The notes below the pieces were generated by a model, which worked only from the letters and a program-made list of their open reading frames with translations, ran no database searches and was not told where the DNA came from. Positions 33,060 through 44,800 of a stretch of 64,000 nt of DNA are shown here, one piece after another. Both the position numbers and the translations under genes were made by a program. The number at the start of each line of letters is the position of its first letter. Position 1 is the stretch's first letter. Location of the stretch: the NCBI RefSeq assembly GCF_028368995.1, contig NZ_JAQNDL010000001.1, positions 1,728,001 to 1,792,000 on the forward strand. The letters are read 5' to 3'. The stretch comes from Nannocystis bainbridge. GTDB lineage: Bacteria; Myxococcota_A; Polyangia; Nannocystales; Nannocystaceae.

Positions 33060-36000
33060 TCATGCATGCGGGACCCTGTCCGGGAGGCGCGCGCGGAGGG
33101 CCGTGATCGCGGCGCGCACGGCGACGGCGAGGTGGTCGATGTCGGCGCGCAGATCGGCCAGGGCCGCGCTGGCGCTGGCGGCCTCGACCCGCGCTGCCGT
33201 GGCGGCGATCGCGGCGAAGCCGGCGGTGGCGGCCGTGCCCTTGAGGGTGTGCGCGTGCAGCCGCAGCTGCGGTCGCGAGGCGTCGGCCAGAGCGGCGACG
33301 AGGCCCTCGCTCGAGCCGCGCAGCGAGTCGCCGAGCAAGCCGGATAGCTCGCGCAGCTCGTCGGCGTCGCTGCCGGCCATGGCGTGCAACTGGCTGAGGA
33401 CGCCGGCGAGCTCGTCGGCGGCGAGCTCGAGCCCGGGCGGCGGTGCCGCGGCGAGCTCGTCGGCGAGCCCGGGCCCGGACGTGGTGATTGGCGCGGCGAG
33501 CTCGTCGGCGCCGAGCCCCGGCCCGGACGTCGCCATGATGGCGGGCTCGTCAGCGAGTTCGGGCTCCCGCGCGCCGACCAAGCCGGCGCCCTCGAGGTGC
33601 CGCGCGAGCGCCCCCTCGAGCAGGTGCATCGGCAACGGCTTGGTCAACACCTCGGCCATGCCGGCGTCGAGGCAGCGCCGCGCGTCGGCGCCGGAGGCCG
33701 CGGCCGTGAGCCCGAGGATCGGGGTGCCGGCGTTGGGCGAGCCGCCGCCGCGGATCCGCCGGGTGGTCTCGATGCCGTCCATCTCCGGCATCTGATAGTC
33801 CATGAGGATGAGGTCGTAGACGGTGCCGGTGGTCTTCTCGAGCGCCTCGGCGCCGCTGCCCGCGACCTCGTGGCCGTAGCCGAGGTGGTCGAGCAAGTGG
33901 GTGGCGACGATCTGGTTGAAGGTGTTGTCCTCGACGACGAGGATCTTGCGCCGCGCCCTGGCGGCCCGCAGGCGCTCGTCGGGGCCGCCGTCGCCGCCCG
34001 GGCTGACGGGCGCGGCTTCGCCGAGGGCCCGGGCGAGCGCGGCCCGGACCTGGGCCCGCCGCAGCGGGGCGCCGAGGGCGACGTCGGCGTCGTCGCGCAG
34101 CCACGGGGCGACGGTGACGACGTCGGGCTGCTGGGCGGCGTCGTCGTCGGCGTCGACGAAGCGGATGGCGCGGCCGGAGGGCGCGCGGTCGCCCTCGTGG
34201 ACCTCGACGCCGTCGGCCCGCAGCAGCTCGCGCAGGGCCTCGCGCTGGCCGGCGCTGCGCAGCTGCACCCAGGCGATCACGGGCCGCTCGCGCGCGGGAC
34301 CCGGGGCCGCCGCGGCGACGGCGGGCAGCGGCAGCGCGACGCAGAACTCGGAGCCGCGGCCAGGCTCGCTGACGACTTCGATGCGGCCGCTCATCGCCTC
34401 ACTGAGGCGGCGGCAGATCGCCAGGCCGAGGCCGGTGCCGCCGAACCGCCGCGTGGTCGACGAGTCGACCTGCGAGAAGGCGTGGAACAGCCGGTGCTGC
34501 CGGTCGGCGGGGATGCCGATGCCGGTGTCGCGGACGCGGAATGTCAACATGTCCCCGGGGCCAGGTTCGCAGCGGAGCGCGACCTCGCCGCCGCGCGGGG
34601 TGAACTTGAGGGCGTTGGTGGCGAGGTTGAGGAGGATCTGGCGCAGGCGCGTGGCGTCGCCGAGGACCCCGGCGGGCACGTCGTGGGCGACGATCGCCGC
34701 GAGGTCGATGGCCTGCTCGCGGGCCATGCCGGCGACGATGTCGGCGACCTCCTCGACGCACTCGCGCGGCGAGAAGGCGGCGGTCTCGAGCTCGAGCTTG
34801 CCGGCCTCGATCTTCGAGAAGTCGAGGATGTCGTTGACGAGCGACAGCAGGATGTCGCCCGATTTCTTGATCGTCTGGGCGTAGGTGTGAGCCTGCGGCG
34901 GCAGGCCGCGCACGGTGACGAGCAGGCCGGCCATGCCGAGGATGCCGTTCAGCGGGGTCCGGATCTCGTGGCTCATGGTCGTCAAGAAGGATGACTTGGC
35001 GACGGTGGCGGCCTCGGCGACCTCCTTGGCGTGGCGCAGCTCGCGGGTGCGCTCGAGGACGCGGGCCTCGAGGGTGCGCGAGTACTCCTCGAGCACGCGC
35101 CGCTGCTCGCGGGCCTCGGCGACCAGGCGGGCGTTCTTCACCGAGATCGCGGCCTGGGCGGCGAGGACCTCGAGCACGCGCACGCTCTCGGCCGTGAAGG
35201 CGCCGGGCAAGGAGTTGTGCTCGACGTGGAGGGCGCCGGTCAGCTCGCCGTGCAGCAGGAACGGGACGCAGGCGGCCGCCCGGGTGCCGCGCAGGCGGAC
35301 CACCGGGTCGTCGCCGAAGCGCGGGTCGAGGGCGGCGTCGGCGACGATCACCGGGGCCCGGGTGCGCGCGGTGTATTGAATGATGGCCGCGGGCGGGTCG
35401 CCAGGGTCGCCGCCGAGCGGGCTCGGCTCGCACATGAATTGCTCGTCCTCGACGCCGCCGCGGGCCCACACGCGCCAGCCGTCGGGCTCGCGCCGCAGCA
35501 GCCACCCGCGCTCGGCCCCGGCGATGCGCACGGCGGTGGCCATGGTGGCGTCGACGATGCGCGCCTCGTCGAGCTCGCGGCTGATCGCCTGGCTGGCGCG
35601 GATGACCGCCAGCACGTCGATCGATTCGCCGGTCGCCGGGGCGGCCGTTCGGCGCAGCTCGGGCCAGGCGCCGGCGAGCCCGGCGACGATGGCGGTGGCG
35701 CCCCAGGCGGCGTGGCGATCGCTGGCCTCGCGGGCGTAGGCGGCGGCGACCCGCGAACGCCCGGCGGCGCCGTGGTGAGCGGCGGCGAGGCGACAGGCGA
35801 GGCCGGCCTCGTGGACGAAGCCGTGGGCGTTGGCGAGGTCGATCGCGCGGTCGTAGCCGCGGCTGGCCTCGTCGTCGGCGCCGCGGACCCGCGCCGCCTC
35901 GGCGCGCACGAGCGCGAGCTTGTGGGCGAAGGTCTCGGGCGCGGACCCGGCCCAGCGCACCAGCGGGGCGTCGCCTTCGAGCTCGACCGCCAGGTCGGCC

Positions 36001-39000
36001 GCGCCCGCGCCGGCCCGGCGCACGCCGAGGCGCGCGAGCAGGTCGTGAAAGCGATGCACGGCCGGGTAGAGGATGCCGACCACGCCGTCGAGGAATTCGT
36101 CGGCCGCGCGACTGCTGCGCCCGGCCGCCTCGGAGTCGCCGAAGTGGAGCGCCAGCATGGCCTCGAACATGTGCAGGCAGAACAGCAACATGCGGTAGTT
36201 GCTGGCGCGGAAGGCCGCGAGGGCGCGCTCGCGGTCGAGGACGGCGCCGTCGAGGCGGAGCGGGTCCTGGGCCTCGCCGCGCAGGTTGGCCGCGGTCTGC
36301 AGGGCGAGCGCGAGGTAGAAGTTGGCGAGGTCCTGACGGATCTTGCGCAGCTCGGCGGCGATCGGCTCGGCAGCGGCGAGCAGCTCGGGCAGCGGGGTGC
36401 CGCGCAGCAGGGTATAAATGCAGAACTCGGCGCCGCCGTAGCCGACGTACTCGTGAGCGCCGGTCTCGCGGCCGAGCTCGTAGGCGCGGCGCAGGGTGGC
36501 GATCGCCTGCGGCAGCGGCTCCTTCCACACCTGGATGTGCGAGCCGAACACCTTGATGACGCGGCAGCGGATCTGGAGGTCGTCGAAGCGGGCCGCGAGC
36601 CGCTGGGCCAGGCGACCAAAGGCGTGGCCGGCGTCGAGCTCGAGGGCGCTGCACAGCAGCAGGCCGTTGAGGCAGCAGCCATAGGCGATCGGGGCCGAGA
36701 CGCCGTGGCTGCGAGCGACTGCGATCATGGTGAGGATGATCGGCCGCAGCAGCTCGGGGCGAGTCCAGTAGGTCGGGCCGATGATGTCGCCGAGGACCTC
36801 GACGACGGCCGACAGCCGCGGGTCGACGAGGTCAGGCCGCTCGGCGAGGGCGTCGATCTCGGCCGGGGTGAAGCGGAGCTCCCGCTGCAGCCGCTCGGTC
36901 TCGCCGGCGAGCTCGGCGGCGGTGCGCGGCAAGGGGACGCCGAGGCGGTCGAGGATCGCCAGGGCGGTGTCGATGGCCCGCGGCATCTGATCGCTCTGGA
37001 TGGCGTAGAGGGCGATCTGCTGGCGGGCGACGCGGACGCGGCCGAGCAGGTCGGGGGCGCGGGCCAGGGCGACGGCGGCGAGGGCCTCGGCGCGGGCGTA
37101 GTCGCCGGTGGCGTAGCCGGCCTCGACGGCGGCGAGGTGAGCGTTCAGGGCCAGCTCGGGGTCGTCGCACCAGGCGGCCTCCCCGGCGGCCGCGACCGCG
37201 GCCTCGGCGTACACGCGGGCCGAGTCGTGAGCCGCGGCGGCGGCGGCCCGCAGCGCGGCCCGCAGCTCGAGGTGGGCGATCTGCCGCCGCTGGGCCGGGT
37301 CGAGCAGCGCGGGCAAACCGAGGCCGAGCTGGACGGCGACCTCGAACAGGCGCTCCTCGAGCGCACCCGGGCCGAGGCCGCGGTGCAGCGCGAGGCCGAT
37401 GCGCAGGTGCAGGGCCGGGCGCGCGTCGACCGGGATGCTGGCGAGCGCGGCCTGCTGCACGCGGTCGTGGATGAAGCGCACGCCGTCGTCGGTGGCGACC
37501 AGCAAGCCGGCGTCGACCAGCGGGGCCAGGGTGGCCTGCAGCGCGGCCGCGGTGAGGCCGAGGGCCCAGGCGAGGGCGTCGCTGCGCACGCGGCTGCCGA
37601 GGCAGGCGGCGACCTGCAGCAGCTCGCGCTCGTCGCCGCCGAGGTCGTCGAGGCGACCGTCGAGGAAGGCGACCACGTCGTCGCGGATGTCGACCGGCTG
37701 GACCGCGCCCTCGCGCCAGCGCCAGCGCTCGGCGTCGTCGTCCCAGCGGAGGGCGCCGCGCTGGGCGAACGAGCGCAGCAGCTGACCGGCGAAGAAGGGG
37801 TTGCCGCGGGTCTTCTCCCACAGCAGGGTGGCGAGCGGGGCGACGCGCTCGGGCTGGTCGCCGAGGGCGTCGGCGACCATGCGCTGCATCTGCGACGGAT
37901 CGAGCGGGCGGATCAGCAGCGCGGTGACCCGCGCGCCGGTGGCTTCGATCTGCGACAGGGCGATGCGCAGCGGGTGGTCGGCCTCGACATCGCCGCCGCG
38001 ATAGGCGCCGAGCAGCAGCAGGTGGTGGGTGCCCGGATCGGTGGCCAGGGCGCGCAGCAGCCGGAGCGAGCCGGAGTCGGCCCACTGGAGGTCGTCGAGG
38101 AACAGCGCGAGCGGCCGCCCGTCGTAGGTGAGCGCCTGCAGCAGGTGGATGAAGACGGCCTCGAAGCGGGCCTGGGCCTCGGCCGGCGGCAGGGTCGAGA
38201 CCGGCGGCTGGGGCCCGAGCACCAGCTCGAGCTCGGGCAGGACCTCGACGACGAGCTGCGCGTGAGGGCCGAGCGCCGCGGTCACCACGGTCCGCCAGTG
38301 ACCGACGAACGCGTCGCTCTGGGCCAGCAGACGCAGCACCGCGGGGCGCAGGGCCTGGATGTAGGCGTCGTACGGCTTGGCCTGGCGGGTCTGGTCGAAC
38401 TTGCCGGCGAAGAAGCGGCCGCCGAGCGCGTGCATGGCGGTGTGCAGGGCGTGCACGAGGGCGGTCTTGCCGACGCCGGCGGCGCCGCGCACCAGCACGA
38501 CCTCGGTGCCGCCGTGCACGGCCCGCTCGCCGGCCTGGCGCAGGGCGGCGACCTCGACGTCGCGGCCGTAGAGGCGATCGGGCAGGCTGAAGCGGCCGCC
38601 GCGGTCGCGCCGGCCGGGGATGAAGTCGACGAGCGGGGCGTCGCCGGTCAGCGCGGCCCGGATCCGCCGCAGGTCGTGGGCGACGCTGGCGGCCGAGGCG
38701 TAACGAGCGTCGGGTGACTTGGCCAGCAGCTTGAGCACGACCTGCGACAGCGCCGGCGGGACGTCGTCGGCGAGCCGCTCGGGGGCGATCGGGGCGCGGG
38801 CCATGTGGCCGTGCACGCGCTCGAGCAGGTCGTCGCTGGCGAACGGCGCGACGCCGGTGAGGAGCTGGTAGAGGCACGCGCCGAGGGCGTAGAGATCGGT
38901 GTGCGGGCCGATCACGAGGTCGGCGCGGCCGAGCTGCTCGGGCGCCGCGTGATCGACGGCGACGGGCAATGCGGCCACCGGCGCCCCGGGCTCGCGCAGC

Positions 39001-39416
39001 GCCGGCCCGCCGAGCAGGCGCACTTCGTCGTGCCCGGCGTCGGCGAAGATGTGCGGGGGCTGCAGCTCGAGGTGAAGCAGCCCGCGCGCGTGCAGCTCGC
39101 CGAGGATCTCGGCGACGCGCAGGCCGACGCGCACGACCGCCGACGCCGGCAGCGACGCGGTCGCCAGCGGGTCGAGGCCAAAATCGTCGTACTCGACCGC
39201 GGGCCGCGGCTCGCGGACCATCCGCCGCGGCTTCATGAACCCGGCCGGCAGCTGCTCGCCGAGCTCGACCTCGCGGGCCAGCGCGGCGACCAGCGACGCG
39301 TCGACCGGCACCCGCCACTCGCGACGCAAGACCGGGCGACCGCCCCGCACCCGCACGAGCCGCGAGGTCTCGCCCTCGAAGAGGGTGACCTCGACCGCTT
39401 CGCCGGCGCGGGACAT
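33060..39416 (-). CDS. Hybrid sensor: Ser/Thr-kinase-like - AAA ATPase - GAF - HisKA/HATPase - REC - Hpt
   Basis: [60 protein letters not shown]; start MSRAGEAV. Confidence 0.93.
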   Translation of the reverse strand: MSRAGEAVEVTLFEGETSRLVRVRGGRPVLRREWRVPVDASLVAALAREVELGEQLPAGFMKPRRMVREPRPAVEYDDFGLDPLATASLPASAVVRVGLRVAEILGELHARGLLHLELQPPHIFADAGHDEVRLLGGPALREPGAPVAALPVAVDHAAPEQLGRADLVIGPHTDLYALGACLYQLLTGVAPFASDDLLERVHGHMARAPIAPERLADDVPPALSQVVLKLLAKSPDARYASAASVAHDLRRIRAALTGDAPLVDFIPGRRDRGGRFSLPDRLYGRDVEVAALRQAGERAVHGGTEVVLVRGAAGVGKTALVHALHTAMHALGGRFFAGKFDQTRQAKPYDAYIQALRPAVLRLLAQSDAFVGHWRTVVTAALGPHAQLVVEVLPELELVLGPQPPVSTLPPAEAQARFEAVFIHLLQALTYDGRPLALFLDDLQWADSGSLRLLRALATDPGTHHLLLLGAYRGGDVEADHPLRIALSQIEATGARVTALLIRPLDPSQMQRMVADALGDQPERVAPLATLLWEKTRGNPFFAGQLLRSFAQRGALRWDDDAERWRWREGAVQPVDIRDDVVAFLDGRLDDLGGDERELLQVAACLGSRVRSDALAWALGLTAAALQATLAPLVDAGLLVATDDGVRFIHDRVQQAALASIPVDARPALHLRIGLALHRGLGPGALEERLFEVAVQLGLGLPALLDPAQRRQIAHLELRAALRAAAAAAHDSARVYAEAAVAAAGEAAWCDDPELALNAHLAAVEAGYATGDYARAEALAAVALARAPDLLGRVRVARQQIALYAIQSDQMPRAIDTALAILDRLGVPLPRTAAELAGETERLQRELRFTPAEIDALAERPDLVDPRLSAVVEVLGDIIGPTYWTRPELLRPIILTMIAVARSHGVSAPIAYGCCLNGLLLCSALELDAGHAFGRLAQRLAARFDDLQIRCRVIKVFGSHIQVWKEPLPQAIATLRRAYELGRETGAHEYVGYGGAEFCIYTLLRGTPLPELLAAAEPIAAELRKIRQDLANFYLALALQTAANLRGEAQDPLRLDGAVLDRERALAAFRASNYRMLLFCLHMFEAMLALHFGDSEAAGRSSRAADEFLDGVVGILYPAVHRFHDLLARLGVRRAGAGAADLAVELEGDAPLVRWAGSAPETFAHKLALVRAEAARVRGADDEASRGYDRAIDLANAHGFVHEAGLACRLAAAHHGAAGRSRVAAAYAREASDRHAAWGATAIVAGLAGAWPELRRTAAPATGESIDVLAVIRASQAISRELDEARIVDATMATAVRIAGAERGWLLRREPDGWRVWARGGVEDEQFMCEPSPLGGDPGDPPAAIIQYTARTRAPVIVADAALDPRFGDDPVVRLRGTRAAACVPFLLHGELTGALHVEHNSLPGAFTAESVRVLEVLAAQAAISVKNARLVAEAREQRRVLEEYSRTLEARVLERTRELRHAKEVAEAATVAKSSFLTTMSHEIRTPLNGILGMAGLLVTVRGLPPQAHTYAQTIKKSGDILLSLVNDILDFSKIEAGKLELETAAFSPRECVEEVADIVAGMAREQAIDLAAIVAHDVPAGVLGDATRLRQILLNLATNALKFTPRGGEVALRCEPGPGDMLTFRVRDTGIGIPADRQHRLFHAFSQVDSSTTRRFGGTGLGLAICRRLSEAMSGRIEVVSEPGRGSEFCVALPLPAVAAAAPGPARERPVIAWVQLRSAGQREALRELLRADGVEVHEGDRAPSGRAIRFVDADDDAAQQPDVVTVAPWLRDDADVALGAPLRRAQVRAALARALGEAAPVSPGGDGGPDERLRAARARRKILVVEDNTFNQIVATHLLDHLGYGHEVAGSGAEALEKTTGTVYDLILMDYQMPEMDGIETTRRIRGGGSPNAGTPILGLTAAASGADARRCLDAGMAEVLTKPLPMHLLEGALARHLEGAGLVGAREPELADEPAIMATSGPGLGADELAAPITTSGPGLADELAAAPPPGLELAADELAGVLSQLHAMAGSDADELRELSGLLGDSLRGSSEGLVAALADASRPQLRLHAHTLKGTAATAGFAAIAATAARVEAASASAALADLRADIDHLAVAVRAAITALRARLPDRVPHA

Positions 39417-40089
39417 GGCGTGAGGATATCCCCACGGCCGCGCCGCGGTCGCCCGAACGGCGAACTTCCCCCCGCATTTCGCATGCGGCAGCGCGGAGTC
39501 GAGCGCAGACAATGGCCATTCCAGCGGGCTCGACCGGCCGGCGATGGCGGTGGGGGTGCGACGGCGGGCACATCCTCGCACTGCGGAGACCGGCCGCCGG
39601 CAAGCCCTGCGCGCGGCCCAGGCCGTGGTGCCCGCATTGGCGCAGGCACTGCCGCCATTCACGAAAACATGTACTTACTTGCCCGAGTATGAACAATGCA
39701 CAATCCGACCGCGATTCGAGCCCGCGCTGCTCGCCGGCCCGAGGTCGTGCGCGTGGGATCTCCGACTCGCAGAAGATCGTCGGCGCGGCGTCGACCTCGC
39801 CGCGCGTGATGACCGCCGCGATCCCTCGACCCGGCGCGAGGAGGTTCTCTTTTCGACATGTCCCATGAGACATATCGCATCGCGGCCGACGAGGTCGGCG
39901 CCTGCCGAGGACCGCGGGCGAGCGAGGCCGATCTTCGTCGAGGTCCTCGCCAGCGCCACGAGCCGCGTGCTTCGAAGCGGCGCCGCGGGGCAGCGGAATT
40001 TACTCGGCCCTCTCCGTCCGCCGGCGTCGGCAGACGCGCGTTTCGGCGCCACCCGCGCATGATGCGCAGGAGCTGTGAAACGTTGTACC

Positions 40090-40311
40090 GTGGCACCCGT
40101 GACCCCGATTGAGCGGATTCGACAGCAGTTCCAGGACGCCCTCGAGAACCTCGAGGCGCACGCGGTCCTCGAGCGCCTGAAGCAGGACCTCCCGTCGCTC
40201 TCGCTGCGCGAGCTGGGCGAGATCCTCAAGAGCCCGATGGCCCGCTCGGTGGGCAGTCTGCCCGCCCGCGAGCTGCTGGCCGCCGCCGCCAACCCGCGCG
40301 CAAAGGCGTGA
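40090..40311 (+). CDS. Small helical hypothetical protein
   Basis: High-GC3 ORF: PIERIRQQFQDALENLEAHAVLERLKQDLPSLSLRELGEILKSP. Confidence 0.7.
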   Translation: MAPVTPIERIRQQFQDALENLEAHAVLERLKQDLPSLSLRELGEILKSPMARSVGSLPARELLAAAANPRAKA

Positions 40312-40490
40312 CCGCTGGCGTGAGCGCCGGCGAGTCACCGCGTCGGCCCTGATCCGCAGCGAACGGGCCCGCGCGCGAAGGCGTGACCGCCCGCGAGTCG
40401 CCGCGTCGGCCCTGACACGCAGCGAACGGGCCCGCGAGCTCGGCCTCCCGCTTCGCAGCGAACGGCCCGCGCGCCCCGCTTCGCAGCAAA
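40298..40490. repeat. Intergenic degenerate direct repeats (~64-bp unit plus partial copies)
   Basis: GCGAGTCRCCGCGTCGGCCCTGAnnCGCAGCGAACGGGCCCGCG at 40330 and 40394; partial CGCAGCGAACGGCCCGCG at ~40454. Confidence 0.75.
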
Positions 40491-40569
40491 CACCGCTGCA
40501 CCTCCCCACCGGACTCGCGTGCCGCGGGGCGGCCGGCTTGATACGCTCGCCGGCGTTCCGGAGGGCAGC

Positions 40570-41940
40570 ATGGTGAATTTCGACATCGACGAGGCGACGG
40601 CGGGCGAGACGGCCCGCGCCGTCACTGAAGGCAAGATCTCCGCGCTCGAGGCCTGCGACGCCGCGATCGCCCGCATCGAGGCGCGTGACGGATCGGTCCA
40701 CGCCGTCGTCGTCCGCGACTTCGAGCGGGCGCGCGCCGCGGCCCAGGCGTTCGACGCCGCGGGCGACCGGCGCGCCTCGCCGCTGGCCGGCGTGCCGATC
40801 ACCGTCAAGGAGTCGCACGACGTCGCCGGCCTACCGACCACCTGGGGCTTCGCCCAGTTCGCCTCCCTGCCCGTCACCGCCGACTCGGTCGCCGTGGCGC
40901 GGCTCAAGGCCGCCGGCGCGATCGTCCTCGGCAAGACCAATGTCCCGGTGGCGCTCGGCGACTGGCAGGCCGCCAACCCGGTCTACGGCCGCACCCTCCA
41001 TCCGCACGACCCCTCGCGCACGCCTGGCGGCTCCTCGGGCGGTGCCGCCGCGGCGCTCGCCACACGCATGGTCCCGCTCGAGCTCGGCTCCGACATCGGC
41101 GGATCGATCCGCGTGCCGGCGCACCTGTGCGGCGTGTTCGGCCACAAGCCGACCTACGGGCTCGTGCCGATGCAGGGGCACGCTTTCCCGACCACCGACG
41201 GCGCCGAGTTCGACCTCGCCGTGCTCGGGCCGATGGCTCGCTGCGCCGCCGACCTCGCGCTCGCGCTCGACATCGTCGCCGGTCCGCTCCCCGGCTCCGC
41301 CTATCGCCTGGCGCTGCCGCCACCGCGCCACGCCAGCCTCGCCGAGCACCGCGTGCTCGTGCTCGACGCCCACCCGGTCGCCGGCACCGACGCCGCCGTG
41401 CGCGAGCCGATCGCCGCCCTCGCCGAGGCCCTGGCCGCCGCTGGCGCGCGCGTGCTCCGGCATCACGACGCCCTGCCCGACCTGACGCGGGCCCACGCCG
41501 ATTACCGCGACATGCTGCTGACCATCCTCTCGCGCGGCACCCCGAACGCCACCCCGGTCGACGCCCACGCGTGGATGAGCCTCAAGGACGCGCAGGCCCG
41601 CCTGGCGCGGCGCTGGCAGCGGCTGTTCGACGACATCGACGTCGTCCTGACCCCGCCGTTCGGCGTCACCGCCTTCGCCCACGACGACCGCCCCGACTGG
41701 GCGGACCGCCGCCTCGTGATCGACGGCGCCGAGACGCCGTACGGGGTGCAGATGGCGTGGCCGGGCCTGGCCACGTTCCCCGGCCTGCCGGCCACCGCCG
41801 CCCCGCTGGGCCTGTCGCGCGCGGGCCTGCCGACCGGCGTGCAAATCATCGGCGACCTGTTCGCCGACCGCACGACGATCGCCTTTGCAGGGCTGCTCGA
41901 GCAGGCCGGCCTGGCGACGGTGCCGAGGCCGCCGCGCTGA
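40570..41940 (+). CDS. Amidase signature family enzyme
   Basis: VPITVKES, GKTNVP, PGGSSGG, GSDIGGSIRVPA. Confidence 0.95.
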   Translation: MVNFDIDEATAGETARAVTEGKISALEACDAAIARIEARDGSVHAVVVRDFERARAAAQAFDAAGDRRASPLAGVPITVKESHDVAGLPTTWGFAQFASLPVTADSVAVARLKAAGAIVLGKTNVPVALGDWQAANPVYGRTLHPHDPSRTPGGSSGGAAAALATRMVPLELGSDIGGSIRVPAHLCGVFGHKPTYGLVPMQGHAFPTTDGAEFDLAVLGPMARCAADLALALDIVAGPLPGSAYRLALPPPRHASLAEHRVLVLDAHPVAGTDAAVREPIAALAEALAAAGARVLRHHDALPDLTRAHADYRDMLLTILSRGTPNATPVDAHAWMSLKDAQARLARRWQRLFDDIDVVLTPPFGVTAFAHDDRPDWADRRLVIDGAETPYGVQMAWPGLATFPGLPATAAPLGLSRAGLPTGVQIIGDLFADRTTIAFAGLLEQAGLATVPRPPR

Positions 41941-41960
41941 CGCGGGCCCGCTTCAGCGCA

Positions 41961-42767
41961 TCATTCCCGCCACCAGATCGGCTCGACGTGCGGCGCATCG
42001 CCGAGCAGCACCGCCCCCGGGTCTGCTTCGCCGAACAGCGCCCCCAGCTGCGACGAGTACGCGCGCACCGCCGCACTCGCGCGCGGGTCGGGCTCGGCGA
42101 ACACCTGCACCTCGCGGCGCAGCCCCAGGCGCGGCTGCGTCGGCGCCGACAGCATCGCCGCCAGCGGGGCCAGGCACGCCTCGCGCTCGCTCGCCGGCAG
42201 GTACGCCCGCATGAACGCGCTCACACGCGCCGACGCCAGGAACTCCTCCGCCGGCGCGGGCGCCACCGGCTCGCCGTCGACCGCCGCGCCGATCTGCCGC
42301 AGCCGGGCCCGCACCGCGTGGCGCACCAGCGCGTACGGGCGGTCCTCATAAAAACCGACGCGCCCCGCCATCCCCACGTGCGCCGCGTGGACCGCCCGGT
42401 GATCGACGTGCTCGCCGACCCCGAGCGGCAACAGCACCGTCTCCGGTCGCACGCGCATCACCACCGCCGCGATCACCCGCGCCACCTCGGCTGCATCGGC
42501 CGCCTCGACCTCGCCGAGCACCAGCGCGCGGAAGCTCCGCGGCACGCCCAGGCGCTCGGGCGCGTCGCGCAGGCCCACATGCAAAAACTCCGCGCCGAGC
42601 AGCGACGTCGCCGCGACGTCCTCGGCCCGCCGCGTCGCGTGGTCCGCGTCGCCCTCGCTGAACACCGTCGCCACGATCACCCGCTCGCTCCGGGCCCGCG
42701 CCGCCAACCACGCCGGCAAGGAAAGCACCGCGTCGTCGAGGTGCGGCGAGATCACCAACGCCGTCAC
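41961..42767 (-). CDS. PIG-L/LmbE-family N-deacetylase
   Basis: VISPHLDDAVLS, RRAED, GEHVDH, FYEDRPY; GAGGAG RBS before GTG. Confidence 0.88.
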   Translation of the reverse strand: MTALVISPHLDDAVLSLPAWLAARARSERVIVATVFSEGDADHATRRAEDVAATSLLGAEFLHVGLRDAPERLGVPRSFRALVLGEVEAADAAEVARVIAAVVMRVRPETVLLPLGVGEHVDHRAVHAAHVGMAGRVGFYEDRPYALVRHAVRARLRQIGAAVDGEPVAPAPAEEFLASARVSAFMRAYLPASEREACLAPLAAMLSAPTQPRLGLRREVQVFAEPDPRASAAVRAYSSQLGALFGEADPGAVLLGDAPHVEPIWWRE

Positions 42768-42844
42768 GGATCGCTCCTCGGCCGCGCCGCACCGAATGTC
42801 ATCACGGTCTCGTTTCGCGGTGCCACGATTCGCACTCTCCGCTC

Positions 42845-43055
42845 GACGCCTCACCGATTCGCATCACCCGGCCATCGACGCGCGGCGCCTCGATTCGCAC
42901 CATCACCCGGTCAGTGACGCGCGGCGCCTTGAGCCCCGTCACGCGGTCAGCGACGCGCGGCGCCTCGAGCACCATCACCCCGTCAGCGACGCGCGGCGCC
43001 TTGAGCACCATCACCCCGTCAGCGACGCGCGCTACCTCGACTCGCAAGATCACGC
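42845..43055. repeat. 36-bp in-frame tandem repeat, 5-6 units
   Basis: GACGCGCGGCGCCTYGAGCACCATCACCCCGTCAGC; unit starts at 42877, 42916, 42952, 42988 and 43024. Confidence 0.9.
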
Positions 43056-43103
43056 CCCCGCCCCTCGCCGAATCGCCCGTCCCCGATGCGCATCCTCGAA
43101 TCT

Positions 43104-43868
43104 TCACCCCTGCACCAGCGCCCCGCCGACCCCGAACCCGAGCGTCAGCACCAGCGTCACTCCTGGCGCCACCCCGGCCTCCGCCACTCCGATCGCGGCC
43201 AGCTCCGCGTCGTTGACCAGCAGCGTCGGCACCCCGACCAGCCCTGCCGCCGCCAGGAACGCCTCGACGATCGGCTCGCCCGCGTACCACGGATACGAGC
43301 ACGTCCCGAGCGCCCCCTCCGGCGAAATCTCGCAGGGCAGCGCCATCACGATCCGCTCGCACCCTCCCGCTGCCATCTCCCGCAGCCCGGCCGCCACGAA
43401 TCCGATCAGGGCCGTCCGCCCGGCACCTTCGACCGGCCGCCCGCTGATCGGGATCGCCGTCAGATCGCGCGGAGAGCTCCAGCGTCGGCCGTCGCTGGCG
43501 ACGATCTTCAGCCGGCTCTGCCCGAGGTCGACCACCAGCCCCTGCGCGCCGGCCAGCACCGCCAGACCGCCCTGCTCCGCGCACCGCTCCGGCGCCGCCG
43601 CGACCGCGGCCGGTACTTGCGAGCTGTCCCAGCGGACATGTCCCGAAGCACCGCCGGCCAGCACGACCCGGTCGATCCTGCGGCACAGCGGCGGCAGCGG
43701 CGTCGCCGACTCGCAGGCCGCCTCGCCGGCGATCAGCGCCTCGACCGCCCGCGCCAGCGCCCGCCCGTAGCTCGCGTCGCGCGGCGCCGCGTACAGCGGC
43801 GCGCCGTCGACCACCAGGTCCCACAGCTCGACCGGCGTCACCCGGGGATCTCGGTGGCGAGCGAGCAT
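43104..43868 (-). CDS. ROK/sugar-kinase-like protein (atypical)
   Basis: VVDLGQSRLK, ALPCEI, LLVNDAELAA, VLTLGFGVGGALV; GAGGAG RBS. Confidence 0.7.
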   Translation of the reverse strand: MLARHRDPRVTPVELWDLVVDGAPLYAAPRDASYGRALARAVEALIAGEAACESATPLPPLCRRIDRVVLAGGASGHVRWDSSQVPAAVAAAPERCAEQGGLAVLAGAQGLVVDLGQSRLKIVASDGRRWSSPRDLTAIPISGRPVEGAGRTALIGFVAAGLREMAAGGCERIVMALPCEISPEGALGTCSYPWYAGEPIVEAFLAAAGLVGVPTLLVNDAELAAIGVAEAGVAPGVTLVLTLGFGVGGALVQG

Positions 43869-44800
43869 TTGGTCTCCTCGACCGGCGGCCAGGCCGGACA
43901 TGTCCTTCGCGACATGTGTTGATAATACCAGCGCTCGACGTGATACCCGATCTTGCACGCCGCGAGCGCCAGCTGAAATTCATGATAGGCGATCCGGTCG
44001 GCCAGCGGCGCCGCGGCCAGCCGGTCGGGGCGCCGCGCGCCGAAGCGCCGGTGCGCCGCGTCGAGCTCGGGGAACAGCGCGCTGCACCGCTCGAGCTCCA
44101 TGCGCATGCGCCGGTAATAACGGTACATCCCGCGCAGCGTCTCCGGCGCCCGGAAATATACGCACCCCTCCGCGGTCTCGGCCAGCGCCTGCGGCCCGTG
44201 CTCGCCGACGATCCGGCGCGAGAGATAGATGTCGTCGACGCGCATGCCGGCCGCGAAGTCGTAGAAGCGGTCACGCGGCAGGCCACCGATCCGCCCCGCC
44301 AGCTCGGCCCGCGTCGGCACGTCCCAGCCGCGGATCGCAAAGCACTTGCCGTTGAACCACGTGCGCTGCGACGAGAACCCGCGCTCGCGGTTGTACACGT
44401 GCAGCGCCCGCGCCAGCCGCCCGCGCGCCACCGGCGGCAGCGGCACGCGCGGCGGCCAGGCGACCACCAGCTCCGGCCGCGCCAGCATCGAGCGCACCAG
44501 CGCCGCCAGGGTCGGCGGCGTCACCAGCACGTCGGCGTCGACGAAGATCTGGAACGGCCCCGGCCGCAGCCCCGCGCGCTGTGCCTCGACCTTGCCGCCG
44601 CTGGCCCGCCGCGTCGCCACCCCGCGCGCGACGGCGACCGCCTCGGTGCCGTCGCTGCAGTCGTCGAGCACGACCTCGAGCTCGCAGCGAATCCCCTGCT
44701 GCGCGGCGTGACGCGCCGACACCAACAAGGCGTCGAGGCACGGCCCGAGCGCCCGCTCCTCGTTCTTGGCCGCGACGGTCACGGGGATCACGTGCGACAT
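43838..44800 (-). CDS. Glycosyltransferase family 2
   Basis: VAAKNEE, VVLDDCSDGT, IFVDAD, VDDIYL. Confidence 0.88.
   Translation of the reverse strand: MSHVIPVTVAAKNEERALGPCLDALLVSARHAAQQGIRCELEVVLDDCSDGTEAVAVARGVATRRASGGKVEAQRAGLRPGPFQIFVDADVLVTPPTLAALVRSMLARPELVVAWPPRVPLPPVARGRLARALHVYNRERGFSSQRTWFNGKCFAIRGWDVPTRAELAGRIGGLPRDRFYDFAAGMRVDDIYLSRRIVGEHGPQALAETAEGCVYFRAPETLRGMYRYYRRMRMELERCSALFPELDAAHRRFGARRPDRLAAAPLADRIAYHEFQLALAACKIGYHVERWYYQHMSRRTCPAWPPVEETKCSLATEIPG

Noticed and set aside
33410-33560. ADELAA repeats before the Hpt domain
   Set aside because: A short linker duplication with no evident function.
42845-43055. 36-bp repeats as a CRISPR array
   Set aside because: The units are contiguous with no unique spacers, and there are no cas genes.
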